A DNA stretch of 64,000 bases from a plasmid, in sequence record NZ_CP090684.1. One strand, given 5' to 3'. Shown here one piece after another: positions 1 through 9,631 of the stretch. The position numbers and the translations under genes are program-made. The notes under the pieces are model-generated. The model had not been told where the DNA came from. It saw only the letters and a program-made list of their open reading frames with translations, and made no database searches. Numbering within the stretch: position 1 is the first letter of the stretch; every line of letters starts with the position of its first letter.

Positions 1-306
1 GCCGCGCTCGCACACGGCAAACTGGAAAGCGCAACGCCGGCGTCGGGCAGTACCGTCGACGTCGCGCCGGACGCATTGCGCCTGACCTTCAATGAAGACC
101 TCGAGTCGACCTTCAGCTCGGTGAAAATCGCCGATGCTACGGGTGCGCCGGTGACGAAAGAAAAGGCGAAGATCGATGCGTCGAATCCGCGCGTCATGAC
201 GCTCGTCGTACCGAAGCTCGCGTCGGGAGCGTATACGGTTCAGTGGGCCGTCATGACTTCGGACGCGCACAAGACCAAGGGTACGTACACGTTCAAGGTG
301 AAGTAA
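1..306 (+). CDS. copC: Copper resistance protein CopC, periplasmic copper chaperone (5' partial, runs off window start)
   Basis: Frame 1 is open from position 1. C-terminal sequence ...GAYTVQWAVMTSDAHKTKGTYTFKVK is typical of CopC and sits immediately upstream of copD. Confidence 0.8.
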   Translation, partial: AALAHGKLESATPASGSTVDVAPDALRLTFNEDLESTFSSVKIADATGAPVTKEKAKIDASNPRVMTLVVPKLASGAYTVQWAVMTSDAHKTKGTYTFKVK

Positions 307-1247
307 TGAACGACGGGTTCCTGGGCATCCTGCGTCTGATCGCCGTAGCGATCCAGAACGTTGGCTTCGCCGTCATCGTAGGCGCGTTGCTCAGCAGTCA
401 ATGGCTCGCGCGCGGTGACTCCACGTGGCAAGCCGACGTGGGCCGACGGCTCGTCCTGACAGTCCGGATGGCGTCCACGCTTGCTCTGCTCGCGAGCGTG
501 TTGTCGTTCTGGGCACATTGCGCGCTGATGAGTGAGTCAACGTTGCTTGAGGCCGGGCCCGCGGTGTGGTCGATGCTCGTGGGAACCGGCTTTGGACACG
601 CGTGGCTGGTCGCTGCAGTTTTCATGGTTTGCGTGGTCGTGCTGGCATTGCTGCGATCGGGTAGCGATGGGAGTTTCCCGACCGGAATCTGGCTTGCTTT
701 GGCCGCCGTAGCATTGGCACGCAGCAATGGCGGACATCCAGTCGATTCCGGACTCTTCAGCCTTCCGGTGTGGGTCGATTGGTTGCATTTGCTAGCCATC
801 AGCGCGTGGGTCGGGCTCGTTCTCGTGACGACCTACGTCGTCATGCCGCGGCTGCTCGATGCCCCTGGAAGCGAACGGCAGACCAGTGCATCATTCGTGC
901 AATCGCTGTCCGACACCTCGACGTACGCGTTGGTGATTTTGTTCAGCACTGGCGCATACAACGGCTGGCGAGGCGTCAGTACGCCGGCGAATTTGTGGAC
1001 ATCGACGTATGGACAGATCCTACTGCTGAAGTTCGTGCTCGTGCTGGTCGCCGCCGCGCTGGGCGGACACAATCGCTTCTTTGAAATGCCGACGCTAATG
1101 TCGACGCTGAAGAACCCTGCTCAAGAAGTCCCGACCGTGCCGCTTCGACGATTCAGTACGGTGCTTCACGTCGAGTCACTGATTTTGCTTGGTGTCTTGA
1201 TGGTAGCGGCCGTGCTCGTATCGAGCCCGTTGCCGGGAACCACATAA
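306..1247 (+). CDS. copD: Copper resistance protein CopD, inner membrane copper transporter
   Basis: Multi-TM protein starting MNDGFLGILRLIAVA with an ATG overlapping the copC stop (TAATG). The tracked ORF 243-1247 has a spurious upstream extension. Followed by a terminator. Confidence 0.8.
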   Translation: MNDGFLGILRLIAVAIQNVGFAVIVGALLSSQWLARGDSTWQADVGRRLVLTVRMASTLALLASVLSFWAHCALMSESTLLEAGPAVWSMLVGTGFGHAWLVAAVFMVCVVVLALLRSGSDGSFPTGIWLALAAVALARSNGGHPVDSGLFSLPVWVDWLHLLAISAWVGLVLVTTYVVMPRLLDAPGSERQTSASFVQSLSDTSTYALVILFSTGAYNGWRGVSTPANLWTSTYGQILLLKFVLVLVAAALGGHNRFFEMPTLMSTLKNPAQEVPTVPLRRFSTVLHVESLILLGVLMVAAVLVSSPLPGTT

Positions 1248-1324
1248 ATTCGTCGGTCCCTCCGTCCACGCAGGTGGTCTGTCACTCATGTGCGAGTTGC
1301 GCGTGAGCGGGCCATCTCTTTGCA

Positions 1325-1352
1325 GCCCGGCCCTCCAGCCGGGCTCTTTTTT
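1325..1352 (+). terminator. Rho-independent terminator after copCD
   Basis: Stem GCCCGGC/GCCGGGC with a 6-nt loop, followed by TCTTTTTT. Confidence 0.6.
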
Positions 1353-1503
1353 CATTCCGCATTGCGTTTGGTCGACGATTCCAGATGAAGGACGCGTGAC
1401 CAAAAGATCATATTCATGTCACGGCTCGATCAGTGGCTGCTCTCCACAATGACTTTCAATGGAGTCGCATGTGCGGTTCCATGCCTCGCAATGGAGAGAA
1501 AAC

Positions 1504-1836
1504 ATGAAACTTCAAATCGTCGCCGCCCTCATAGTGGTCGCCTGTGCCGCCACGTCCGCGTCTGCATTCGCTGATAGCGGGCACGGTTATCCCGACGTTA
1601 CGCGAAACGGCAGCGTGGTATCGAACGAAAGCGTTGCTGCACCGGCAACGGCGCAAATTGAAAACACGGTATCGCGCGGCAAGACCCGAGAGCAGGTTCA
1701 ACAGGAACTTATTCAGGCTTATCACGATGGTTTGCTGCCAACGAGCAAGCATGACTATCCGCCCAGCGAAGCGACTATCGCGCGCAACAAGGAACTCCAT
1801 CAGTTAAGTGAGCCGAAGTGGGCCGCACAGCATTGA
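1504..1836 (+). CDS. Small secreted protein, DUF4148-like (signal peptide, C-terminal HDGLLP...DYPP motif)
   Basis: MKLQIVAALIVVACAATSASAFA signal peptide. Resembles the Burkholderia DUF4148 family. Start taken at the internal Met with signal peptide. Confidence 0.55.
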   Translation: MKLQIVAALIVVACAATSASAFADSGHGYPDVTRNGSVVSNESVAAPATAQIENTVSRGKTREQVQQELIQAYHDGLLPTSKHDYPPSEATIARNKELHQLSEPKWAAQH

Positions 1837-1946
1837 GGCACGCACCGTTGCGGAAAGCCAGGCGTTGCTCAGCCTGAACGTACACGACTCCGGCCATATT
1901 CCATGTGGAACGTAGGCTCGCCAGACCAGATAGAGGAGTTCACGCG

Positions 1947-2144
1947 ATGAGACCGATACCCGGCATATGGATTTATGTGACGGCGATTACTACGGTCCTG
2001 GCTCTTGATGGATGTGCGAGCGCGACGGGCAATACGGATGGGAAGACGCGGATGCCGGACTCCCGTTCCGCAACGACCCGATTACCGAAGTCCTATCCGT
2101 GTCAAAATCTGCACGTGCGTTCGGCGAATTGCCCGCCGCGCTGA
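1947..2144 (+). CDS. Putative small lipoprotein (hypothetical)
   Basis: MRPIPGIWIYVTAITTVLALDGCAS has a lipobox-like LDGC. Weak; overlaps an antisense ORF. Confidence 0.25.
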   Translation: MRPIPGIWIYVTAITTVLALDGCASATGNTDGKTRMPDSRSATTRLPKSYPCQNLHVRSANCPPR

Positions 2145-2213
2145 CGGCAACGTGTGCCACGCCTCTTGCGTGCGCGATATCACCGACGCCGGGCGTGGCA
2201 CGGAGCTGACCGT

Positions 2214-2543
2214 CTACTGAGCCATCGTCCGGCATTCCTGAGCGCAGCGTCGACAAACTTGTGCGCATTCTTTGCAATGCGCATGTTGATGTTTCTCGCA
2301 TTCGGTTGCGCACGCGTCGCACAAAGTCGCGCAACTCGAGCAAACTGCCTTGACTTGCTTGCTGCCTCGCGCCATCGCTGCGGAAGCGAGGCGGCACAGC
2401 GTGGCGCAATCCAGGTCGAGTTTGATGCAGTCAATAAGCTGGCCGACTTGGGTCTCTTCAAGACACGCGGCCGCGCAATGATCGCAAGCGGTCGCGCAAG
2501 CGTCGCAGGCCGAGATGCATGTCTGGTATTGTTGATGTGCCAT
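2214..2543 (-). CDS. Cys-rich four-helix-bundle copper-binding protein (Csp/DUF326-like copper storage protein)
   Basis: 109 aa from MAHQQYQ. Repeated CxxxC motifs (CDACATACDHCAAAC, CATLCDACATEC, CAQVCRRCAQEC) are characteristic of Csp-type Cu(I) storage bundles. Divergent from the cus operon. Confidence 0.65.
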   Translation of the reverse strand: MAHQQYQTCISACDACATACDHCAAACLEETQVGQLIDCIKLDLDCATLCRLASAAMARGSKQVKAVCSSCATLCDACATECEKHQHAHCKECAQVCRRCAQECRTMAQ

Positions 2544-2704
2544 TTTGACTCTCCTATCGTGGACTGCCCGGATCGGGCCCGACTCGTCGCGCAAGCGTTG
2601 TACCCACATTCCGGATTAGCCCCACGCGGCTCCAGTGGCGGGGACGTTTCAGCGTTGAAACGTCAGTACAATTCCGATGTAATCACCGGCATCGGCGGAC
2701 TATA

Positions 2705-3082
2705 ATGCTGGCTATGAAATTGCTCCGGACCTTCATCCTGTCGCTGCTCTGCGCGGTGCTGCCCATCAGCGGGCTGGCAGCCAGTGGCTTGACCGGTGAA
2801 TGTCCGATGCAGCAAACCATGTCCATGGGCGCGGATGCCAGCATGTCCGGCGATATGCCGGGCTGCGATTTGATGAAGTCCTCGTCCGTCGATAAAGCCA
2901 AGGCCAAGAGCGTGTTCTGCAAAGTGACCGCCCAGTGTCAGTTCGGCAGCCTCTATCATCCAGCCGCCAAGACCGACATCAGCCGTCCCGCTGCGGTCGG
3001 TACGCCCGTCATCTTCCATTACGTCCAGTCTCTTCCGGTCCGTGACCCGAACGGGTTATGGCGCCCTCCGCGTCTCGTCTAA
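2705..3082 (+). CDS. Small secreted Cys/Met-containing protein upstream of cusC (CusD/CzcI-like, hypothetical)
   Basis: Signal peptide MKLLRTFILSLLCAVLPISGLAAS and Met/Cys-rich mature part (CPMQQTMSMGADASMSGDMPGCDLMK). Sits at the cusD position of cusDCBAF clusters. Confidence 0.5.
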   Translation: MLAMKLLRTFILSLLCAVLPISGLAASGLTGECPMQQTMSMGADASMSGDMPGCDLMKSSSVDKAKAKSVFCKVTAQCQFGSLYHPAAKTDISRPAAVGTPVIFHYVQSLPVRDPNGLWRPPRLV

Positions 3083-3172
3083 TCCCTCGCTGACAGGTTC
3101 ACCGCAGTTGCGGTGAGGTTCGTCCTATGCCGGACGTGGAATCCCTATGGGATTTCGCATTGGGGTTAGAAC

Positions 3173-4465
3173 ATGCTATTCATTTTCGGCACGCCGCTGC
3201 GTCGGCGTGTTCCTTGGCGTGCGCACGCGCTTGTTTCTGCGCTATTCCTCGCGGGTGTCGTTCATGCCCAGCAGGCACCGATGACGCTTGATGCTGCGCT
3301 ACAGTCGGCGACCGATCGCTCCGCATCGATGCAGGCTGCGCAGGCGTCCGTCCGCGCCAGTTCCGAGGCGGCAGTCAAAGCCGGCCAACTTCCGGACCCG
3401 ATGCTCAAGGCGGGTATCGACAACCTGCCGATCAACGGTCCTCAGCGCTTCACCGTCGGCCAGGACTTCATGACGATGCGGCGCATCGGCATCGAGCAGG
3501 AATGGGTCTCCGGCGACAAGCGGCGGCTGCGCTCGGCGCTCGCCGACCGAATGGTCGGGCGCGAGCGCGCCGGCTACCTCGTGCAACTCGCGAACGTGCG
3601 GCAGCAAACCGCCACGGCCTGGCTGAACGCCGTGTACGCGAAACAGGCGCTCGCCCTGCAACAGGCGCTGCTCGACCACATGCATCACGAGCTGGCTGCG
3701 ACGAAGGCGTCATATCGCGGCGCCAAGGCCGGCGCGTCTGATGTGGTGCAAGCGCAGGCGATGCTTGCGCAGACTCAGGATCAGGTGCTCAAGGCGCAAC
3801 AGACTTATCAAACAGCGCTCATTGGGCTGTCGCGCTGGACGGCCGCTCCCGTTTCCGAGGTGACTGGCGAACCGCCGGCGCCCGAGTCGTTCGTATCGTC
3901 GCTCCCTCCCGACGAACTGCGCCTGTCGCAGCCAACGCTCGTGGCTGCCGCGGACGACATTTCGGTCGCCGAAGCCGATACGGCAGTCGCCAACAGCGAG
4001 CGCAGCCCGAACTGGACTTGGGAGGTCGCATATCAGCAACGCGGCGGTGCGTACTCGAACATGGTGTCGATCGGCGTCACCATTCCGTTGCCATTGAATC
4101 GGAAAAATCGCCAGAACCGCGACGTCGCGGAGAAAGCCGAGCTCGCCACGAAGGCGCGGTTGATGTACGAGGACGCGCTGCGACAGGTTCAGGCCGACAT
4201 TCGCACGCAATCGGCCACGCTGGCGAGCGGACGCGAACGCATCGCCAATTTGAGTCAGTCATTGCTGCCCGCTGCGGACCAGCGCGTGCAACTCGCCAAC
4301 GCCGCCTATCGCGCGGGAAGCGGCTCGCTCGCGGACACGTTCGCGGCTCGCCGCGCGCAGCTCGAGGCCGAACTGCAGGTGCTCGACCTCAAGCGCGAAG
4401 TGTCCCAGACCTGGGCCCAGCTCGAATATCAAGTGGTGCCGTCCACGATGGCTGCTGCGCAGTGA
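3173..4465 (+). CDS. cusC: Outer membrane efflux protein of Cu/Ag RND system (CusC/SilC, TolC family)
   Basis: Signal peptide plus OEP-family repeats. Directly precedes the membrane-fusion protein and RND pump genes. Confidence 0.85.
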   Translation: MLFIFGTPLRRRVPWRAHALVSALFLAGVVHAQQAPMTLDAALQSATDRSASMQAAQASVRASSEAAVKAGQLPDPMLKAGIDNLPINGPQRFTVGQDFMTMRRIGIEQEWVSGDKRRLRSALADRMVGRERAGYLVQLANVRQQTATAWLNAVYAKQALALQQALLDHMHHELAATKASYRGAKAGASDVVQAQAMLAQTQDQVLKAQQTYQTALIGLSRWTAAPVSEVTGEPPAPESFVSSLPPDELRLSQPTLVAAADDISVAEADTAVANSERSPNWTWEVAYQQRGGAYSNMVSIGVTIPLPLNRKNRQNRDVAEKAELATKARLMYEDALRQVQADIRTQSATLASGRERIANLSQSLLPAADQRVQLANAAYRAGSGSLADTFAARRAQLEAELQVLDLKREVSQTWAQLEYQVVPSTMAAAQ

Positions 4466-4476
4466 AGGAGAACGAT

Positions 4477-6006
4477 ATGACCCAAAAACCACTGGTGCGC
4501 GCGGTGCTGACTGTATTCGCCGGCGCGGCCTTGCTCGCAGCTGGCTATTTTGCGGGCACACGCCATGCAGCAACGCCCGCGGCCGCGGCCTCGACGGTAA
4601 CGGCTTCGTCAGGCGAAAAGATTGACCCGAAGACCGGCAGGAAGGTGCTGTACTGGCACGACCCGATGGTGCCGAACCAGCATTTCGACAAGCCCGGCAA
4701 GTCGCCTTTCATGAACATGCAACTGGAGCCTGTCTATGCGGACGACGGTGGCGGCTCTTCCGGCATCAAGATCGACCCGGGCCTCCAACAGAACCTCGGA
4801 ATTCGCTATGCGACCGTGCGCCGGCAGGAAACGACGGGGGGATTCGACGCGGTCGGCACAACGCAATTCGACGAGTCGCGCTCGGATGTCGTGCAGTCGC
4901 GCGTTACAGGCTACATCGACCGGTTGTATGCCAGTGCGCCGATGCAACGCATCGCGAAAGGTGCGCCGATTGCGTCGTTGTTCGTTCCGGACTGGCTCGC
5001 GCCGCAGGAAGAATATCTTGCGCTCAAGCGCGGCGGCATGGATGCCAGCCTCCTCGAAGCGTCGCGTGCGAGGATGCGCGCGATGTCGATTCCGGACGGC
5101 ATCATCGCGAGCCTCGACCGAACCGGGAGGGCCCAGACACACGTCGTACTGACGTCGCCCGAGGCTGGCGTCGTTAGCGAACTGAACGTCCGTGACGGCG
5201 CGATGGTCGCGCCCGGGCAGACGCTCGCGAAGATTGCCGGCCTGTCGAAGCTCTGGCTCATCGTCGAGATTCCCGAGGCGCTCGCGCTGAGCGTACAGCC
5301 CGGCATGACGGTCGACGCGACGTTCGCCGGTGATCCGGCACAACATTTCGCCGGGCGCATTCGCGAGATCCTGCCGGGCATCAGCACCACCAGCCGCACG
5401 CTGCAGGCGCGCCTCGAAATCGACAACGCCTCGCTCAAGCTGACGCCGGGCATGCTGATGCGCGTGCGCGTTGCCGGTCAGAAGGCTGTGTCGAGACTGC
5501 TGGTGCCGTCCGAAGCGGTCATCACGACCGGCAAACGCTCGGTCGTCATCGTGAAGAACGGTGACGGGCGCCTTCAGCCGGCGACAGTGACCGTTGGCAA
5601 TGACATTGGCAGCGAAACCGAGGTGTTGAGCGGCCTGAACGATGGCGACACGGTCGTCGCTTCCGGCCAATTCCTGATCGATTCCGAAGCGAGCCTGAAG
5701 TCCGTGTTGCCGCGGCTGGAAGGTGGCTCAGGGGCAAGCGCAACCGCGCCGGCGTCCGCGCCTGTCGCCACTGCGCAGACCTATGAGACCACCGGCAAGG
5801 TCGAGAAAGTGACCGCCGCAGACATTACGTTCTCTCATCAACCCGTGCCGGCGCTCGGTTGGGGTGCGATGACGATGGCGTTCAACAAGCCGGCGCCGAG
5901 CGCATTCCCCGACATCAAGGCCGGACAGATGGTGCACTTCGTCTTCAAGCAGTCGGATGAAGGCTACCAACTGACGAAGGTCGAACCGGTCGGAGGCGCG
6001 CAATGA
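4477..6006 (+). CDS. cusB: Membrane fusion protein CusB/SilB with fused C-terminal CusF-like metal-binding domain
   Basis: Start at [21 protein letters not shown] with an RBS (GGAG). The ORF-track extension to 4018 is spurious. N-terminal Met-rich metal site ([22 protein letters not shown]). The C-terminal ~80 aa (MTMAFNKP...) are homologous to CusF. Overlaps cusA by ATGA. Confidence 0.85.
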   Translation: MTQKPLVRAVLTVFAGAALLAAGYFAGTRHAATPAAAASTVTASSGEKIDPKTGRKVLYWHDPMVPNQHFDKPGKSPFMNMQLEPVYADDGGGSSGIKIDPGLQQNLGIRYATVRRQETTGGFDAVGTTQFDESRSDVVQSRVTGYIDRLYASAPMQRIAKGAPIASLFVPDWLAPQEEYLALKRGGMDASLLEASRARMRAMSIPDGIIASLDRTGRAQTHVVLTSPEAGVVSELNVRDGAMVAPGQTLAKIAGLSKLWLIVEIPEALALSVQPGMTVDATFAGDPAQHFAGRIREILPGISTTSRTLQARLEIDNASLKLTPGMLMRVRVAGQKAVSRLLVPSEAVITTGKRSVVIVKNGDGRLQPATVTVGNDIGSETEVLSGLNDGDTVVASGQFLIDSEASLKSVLPRLEGGSGASATAPASAPVATAQTYETTGKVEKVTAADITFSHQPVPALGWGAMTMAFNKPAPSAFPDIKAGQMVHFVFKQSDEGYQLTKVEPVGGAQ

Positions 6007-9000
6007 TTGCCCGGCTCATCCGCTGGTCCATCCACAACCGCTTCCTGGTGTTGCTCGCGACCGTGCTCGTAACGGGTTGGGGCCTGTACTCGGTCGCCGA
6101 GACACCGCTCGATGCACTGCCCGACCTGTCCGACACGCAGGTCATCATCAAAGCGTCGTATCCGGGCAAGGCGCCGCAGGTCATCGAGGACCAGGTGACG
6201 TACCCGCTCACGACGACGCTGCTCGGCGTGCCGGGGGCGAAGACCATCCGTGCGTACTCGTCGTTCGGCGATGCGTTCGTCTATGTGCTGTTCGACGACA
6301 AGACCGACCAGTATTGGGCACGTTCGCGCGTGCTCGAGTACCTGAATCAGGTGCAAAGCCGCCTGCCGCAAGGTGCGACGGTCTCGCTCGGTCCGGACGC
6401 GACCGGCGTGGGCTGGGTGTACGAGTATGCGCTCGTCGACAGGAGCGGACGGCATGACCTCGGTCAGCTGCGCGCGCTGAACGACTGGTTCCTGAAGTTC
6501 GAGCTGAAAGCAGTGCCGGATGTCTCCGAGGTCGCCAGCATCGGCGGCATGGTGCGCCAGTATCAGGTCGTGCTCGACCCGGACAAGCTGCGCGCGTACG
6601 GCATCACGCAGGCCGCGGTGGCCGATGCGCTTGGCAAGGCGAATCAGGAGTCGGGCGGCTCGGTGGTGGAGATGGCCGAGTCCGAGTACATGGTGCGCTC
6701 GTCTGGCTACCTGCGCTCGCTCGACGATTTCCGGCATGTCGTATTGCGGACCAACGACGCCGGCACGCCGGTGCTGCTGGGCGACGTCGCACGCATCCAG
6801 ATCGGCCCCGAGATGCGTCGCGGCATCGCGGAGCTGAACGGCCAGGGCGAGGTCGCCGGCGGCGTCATCGTGATGCGCTCGGGCAAGAATGCGCTGAAGA
6901 CCATCGATGCGGTCAAGGCGAAGCTCGCCGACCTGAAGCGCTCGCTGCCACCCGGCGTCGAAGTGGTCACCACCTACGACCGATCGCAACTCATCGAACG
7001 AGCGGTGGACAACCTGAAGGACAAGCTCATCGAGGAGTTCATCATCGTCGGGCTCGTCTGTGCCGTGTTCCTGTTTCACCTGCGCAGCGCGTTCGTCGCC
7101 ATTCTGTCGTTGCCGCTTGGCGTGCTGGCCGCGTTCATTGTGATGCGCTATCAGGGAGTCAACGCGAACCTGATGTCGCTTGGCGGCATCGCGATCGCGA
7201 TCGGCGCAATGATCGACGCGGCCATCGTGATGATCGAGAACGCGCACAAACACCTGGAAGCGTTCGATCATGAGCATCCCGATACACGGATGACCGCCGC
7301 TCAACGCTGGGAGCTCATCGCGACTTCGGCCGCCGAGGTTGGGCCGGCATTGTTTTTCTCGCTGCTCATCATCACGCTGTCGTTCATTCCGGTGTTCTCG
7401 CTCGAAGGACAGGAAGGCAAGCTGTTCTCGCCGCTGGCGTTCACGAAGACCTACACGATCGCGGCGGCGGCCGGCTTGTCGGTCACACTCGTGCCCGTGT
7501 TGATGGGCTATCTGATCCGCGGGCGGATTCCGCACGAAAACGCGAACCCGATCAACCGCGTGCTGATACGGTTGTATCGTCCGTTGCTCGAGGCGACGTT
7601 GCGTCGGCCGTGGACAGCCATTGGTCTCGCGGCGGTTGCCTTGGTGCTCACGATCGTTCCGATTTCGCGTCTAGGCGGCGAATTCATGCCACCACTCGAC
7701 GAGGGCGATCTGTTGTATATGCCGACCGCGCTCCCGGGCATTTCGGCCCAGAAAGCGAGCGAACTGCTGCAGCAGACCGATCGCCTGATCAAGACCGTGC
7801 CCGAGGTCGAGACGGTATTCGGCAAGTCTGGTCGCGCGGATACGGCCACGGACCCGGCGCCACTCGAGATGTTCGAGACCACCATTCAGTTCAAGCCGCG
7901 TAGCCAGTGGCGGCCGGGCATGACGCCGGAGAAGCTGGTCGATGAGCTGGATCGGACGGTCAAGGTGCCCGGTCTGTCGAACGTATGGGTGCCGCCGATC
8001 CGCAATCGTCTCGACATGTTGTCGACCGGCATCAAGACGCCGGTGGGTGTCAAGATTTCCGGGCCGGACCTGACGCAAATCGATCGTATCGCGACCCAGG
8101 TCGAAACGGCCGTCAAAGGTGTGCCTGGCGTGACGTCGGCACTCGCGGAACGGCTGAACGGCGGACGCTATATCGACGTGGATATCGACCGGCTTGCCGC
8201 GGCCCGCTACGGACTGTCGGTGGCCGATATCCAGTCGGTCGTGTCCTCGGCGGTGGGCGGCGAGAACGTCGGCGAGGTAATTGCGGGGCGTGAGCGTTTC
8301 CCCATCAACATCCGTTATCCACGCGAAATTCGCGACTCGCTCGAGAAATTGCGACAGTTGCCGGTCGTCACTGACCGCGGCGCGCAAATCCAGCTCGGCG
8401 ACGTCGCGCACATCACGATCGCCGACGGCCCACCGATGATTCGCAGCGAAAACGCACGGCTCTCCGGATATGTCTATGTCGATATCCGCAACACCGACCT
8501 GCAGTCCGCCGTGAAGGCGATGCAGAAGGTTGTGGCCGAGCAGGTCCAATTGCCACCCGGTTATTCGATTGCGTGGTCGGGCCAGTTCGAGTACCTGGAA
8601 CGCGCGGCGGCCAAGCTGCGCACGGTGGTCCCCGTCACGCTCGTCGTCATCTTCGTGCTGCTGTTCCTGACCTTCAACTCGGCTGCCGATGCGCTGCTGC
8701 TGATGTCGACCGTACCGTTTGCGCTGGTCGGCGGGTTCTGGCTCATCTGGATGCTCGGCCATGCGGTGTCGGTTGCGACGTCAGTCGGATTCATCGCGCT
8801 CGCGGGCGTCGCTGCCGAATTCGGCGTGGTGATGCTGCTGTACCTGAAAGGCGCGCTCAATCGCCGGCTGGAGGATGGCGAGCCGCTCACCGAGGCGCTG
8901 CTGTTCGATGCGATCCGCGAAGGCGCCGTGCTGCGCGTGCGGCCGAAGGCCATGACGGTGGCCGTCGTGCTCGCGGGCCTCATTCCCATCATGGTCGGAC

Positions 9001-9209
9001 ATGGCGCCGGGTCGGAGGTCATGCAGCGGATCGCCGCGCCGATGGTCGGCGGCATGGTGACCGCACCACTTCTGTCCATGTTCGTGATTCCCGCAGCGTG
9101 GTTCCTGTTGCAGCGCCGTCGCGCGCGACAGGCGCCTGCTGCCAGTTTCCCCCAAGCAGTACCTTCCGGCACGAACGTGCCAGTCAACCAAACCGGAGAA
9201 GTCCAATGA
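6003..9209 (+). CDS. cusA: Heavy-metal RND efflux pump CusA/SilA (HME-RND)
   Basis: 1068 aa, 12-TM RND architecture, with the [15 protein letters not shown] region typical of CusA/CzcA. Confidence 0.95.
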   Translation: MIARLIRWSIHNRFLVLLATVLVTGWGLYSVAETPLDALPDLSDTQVIIKASYPGKAPQVIEDQVTYPLTTTLLGVPGAKTIRAYSSFGDAFVYVLFDDKTDQYWARSRVLEYLNQVQSRLPQGATVSLGPDATGVGWVYEYALVDRSGRHDLGQLRALNDWFLKFELKAVPDVSEVASIGGMVRQYQVVLDPDKLRAYGITQAAVADALGKANQESGGSVVEMAESEYMVRSSGYLRSLDDFRHVVLRTNDAGTPVLLGDVARIQIGPEMRRGIAELNGQGEVAGGVIVMRSGKNALKTIDAVKAKLADLKRSLPPGVEVVTTYDRSQLIERAVDNLKDKLIEEFIIVGLVCAVFLFHLRSAFVAILSLPLGVLAAFIVMRYQGVNANLMSLGGIAIAIGAMIDAAIVMIENAHKHLEAFDHEHPDTRMTAAQRWELIATSAAEVGPALFFSLLIITLSFIPVFSLEGQEGKLFSPLAFTKTYTIAAAAGLSVTLVPVLMGYLIRGRIPHENANPINRVLIRLYRPLLEATLRRPWTAIGLAAVALVLTIVPISRLGGEFMPPLDEGDLLYMPTALPGISAQKASELLQQTDRLIKTVPEVETVFGKSGRADTATDPAPLEMFETTIQFKPRSQWRPGMTPEKLVDELDRTVKVPGLSNVWVPPIRNRLDMLSTGIKTPVGVKISGPDLTQIDRIATQVETAVKGVPGVTSALAERLNGGRYIDVDIDRLAAARYGLSVADIQSVVSSAVGGENVGEVIAGRERFPINIRYPREIRDSLEKLRQLPVVTDRGAQIQLGDVAHITIADGPPMIRSENARLSGYVYVDIRNTDLQSAVKAMQKVVAEQVQLPPGYSIAWSGQFEYLERAAAKLRTVVPVTLVVIFVLLFLTFNSAADALLLMSTVPFALVGGFWLIWMLGHAVSVATSVGFIALAGVAAEFGVVMLLYLKGALNRRLEDGEPLTEALLFDAIREGAVLRVRPKAMTVAVVLAGLIPIMVGHGAGSEVMQRIAAPMVGGMVTAPLLSMFVIPAAWFLLQRRRARQAPAASFPQAVPSGTNVPVNQTGEVQ

Positions 9210-9556
9210 AGAAGCTCATCGTTGTATCTGCCGCACTCGCAGCCGCTTTCGTCACGCCCGCATTTGCCGGCAACGACATGGCTGGCATGGACATGTCGAC
9301 CAAAGCTTCCGCGATGAAGGCGTCGTCGAACAACGCACTCACCGACGCGGAGGTCAAGAAGGTCGACACGGCGACCGGCATGGTCACGTTGAAGCACGGC
9401 GCGCTCGAAAACGTCGGCATGCCGCCGATGACGATGGCGTTCAAAGCGAAGGATGCCGCGATGGTCAAGCAGATTAAGGAAGGCGACAAGGTCAAGGTGC
9501 GCGTTGAAGAAGTCAACGGCACCCTGACCATCGTGAAACTGGAAAAGCGTTCCTGA
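9206..9556 (+). CDS. cusF: Periplasmic Cu(I)/Ag(I) chaperone CusF
   Basis: [21 protein letters not shown] signal peptide. OB-fold CusF motif ...[13 protein letters not shown]... Start ATG overlaps the cusA stop (ATGA). Confidence 0.85.
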   Translation: MKKLIVVSAALAAAFVTPAFAGNDMAGMDMSTKASAMKASSNNALTDAEVKKVDTATGMVTLKHGALENVGMPPMTMAFKAKDAAMVKQIKEGDKVKVRVEEVNGTLTIVKLEKRS

Positions 9557-9631
9557 CGAAAACATTGGTGCCCGGCGCGCAGGCGTCTGTCCGCGCGCCG
9601 GTACGCCAAAGGGGCGGCCGAGGAGACCAAC

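Noticed and set aside
4018-4476. 5' extension of the cusB ORF in the track
   Set aside because: Overlaps the cusC 3' end in another frame. An RBS-preceded ATG at 4477 gives the canonical CusB N-terminus.
4609-5670. 353-aa minus-strand ORF
   Set aside because: Antisense to cusB.
5964-7535. 523-aa ORF on the minus strand
   Set aside because: Antisense to cusB/cusA. Arg/Asp-rich low-complexity translation typical of high-GC antisense frames.
7671-8762. 363-aa minus-strand ORF
   Set aside because: Entirely antisense to the well-supported cusA. No protein-like features.
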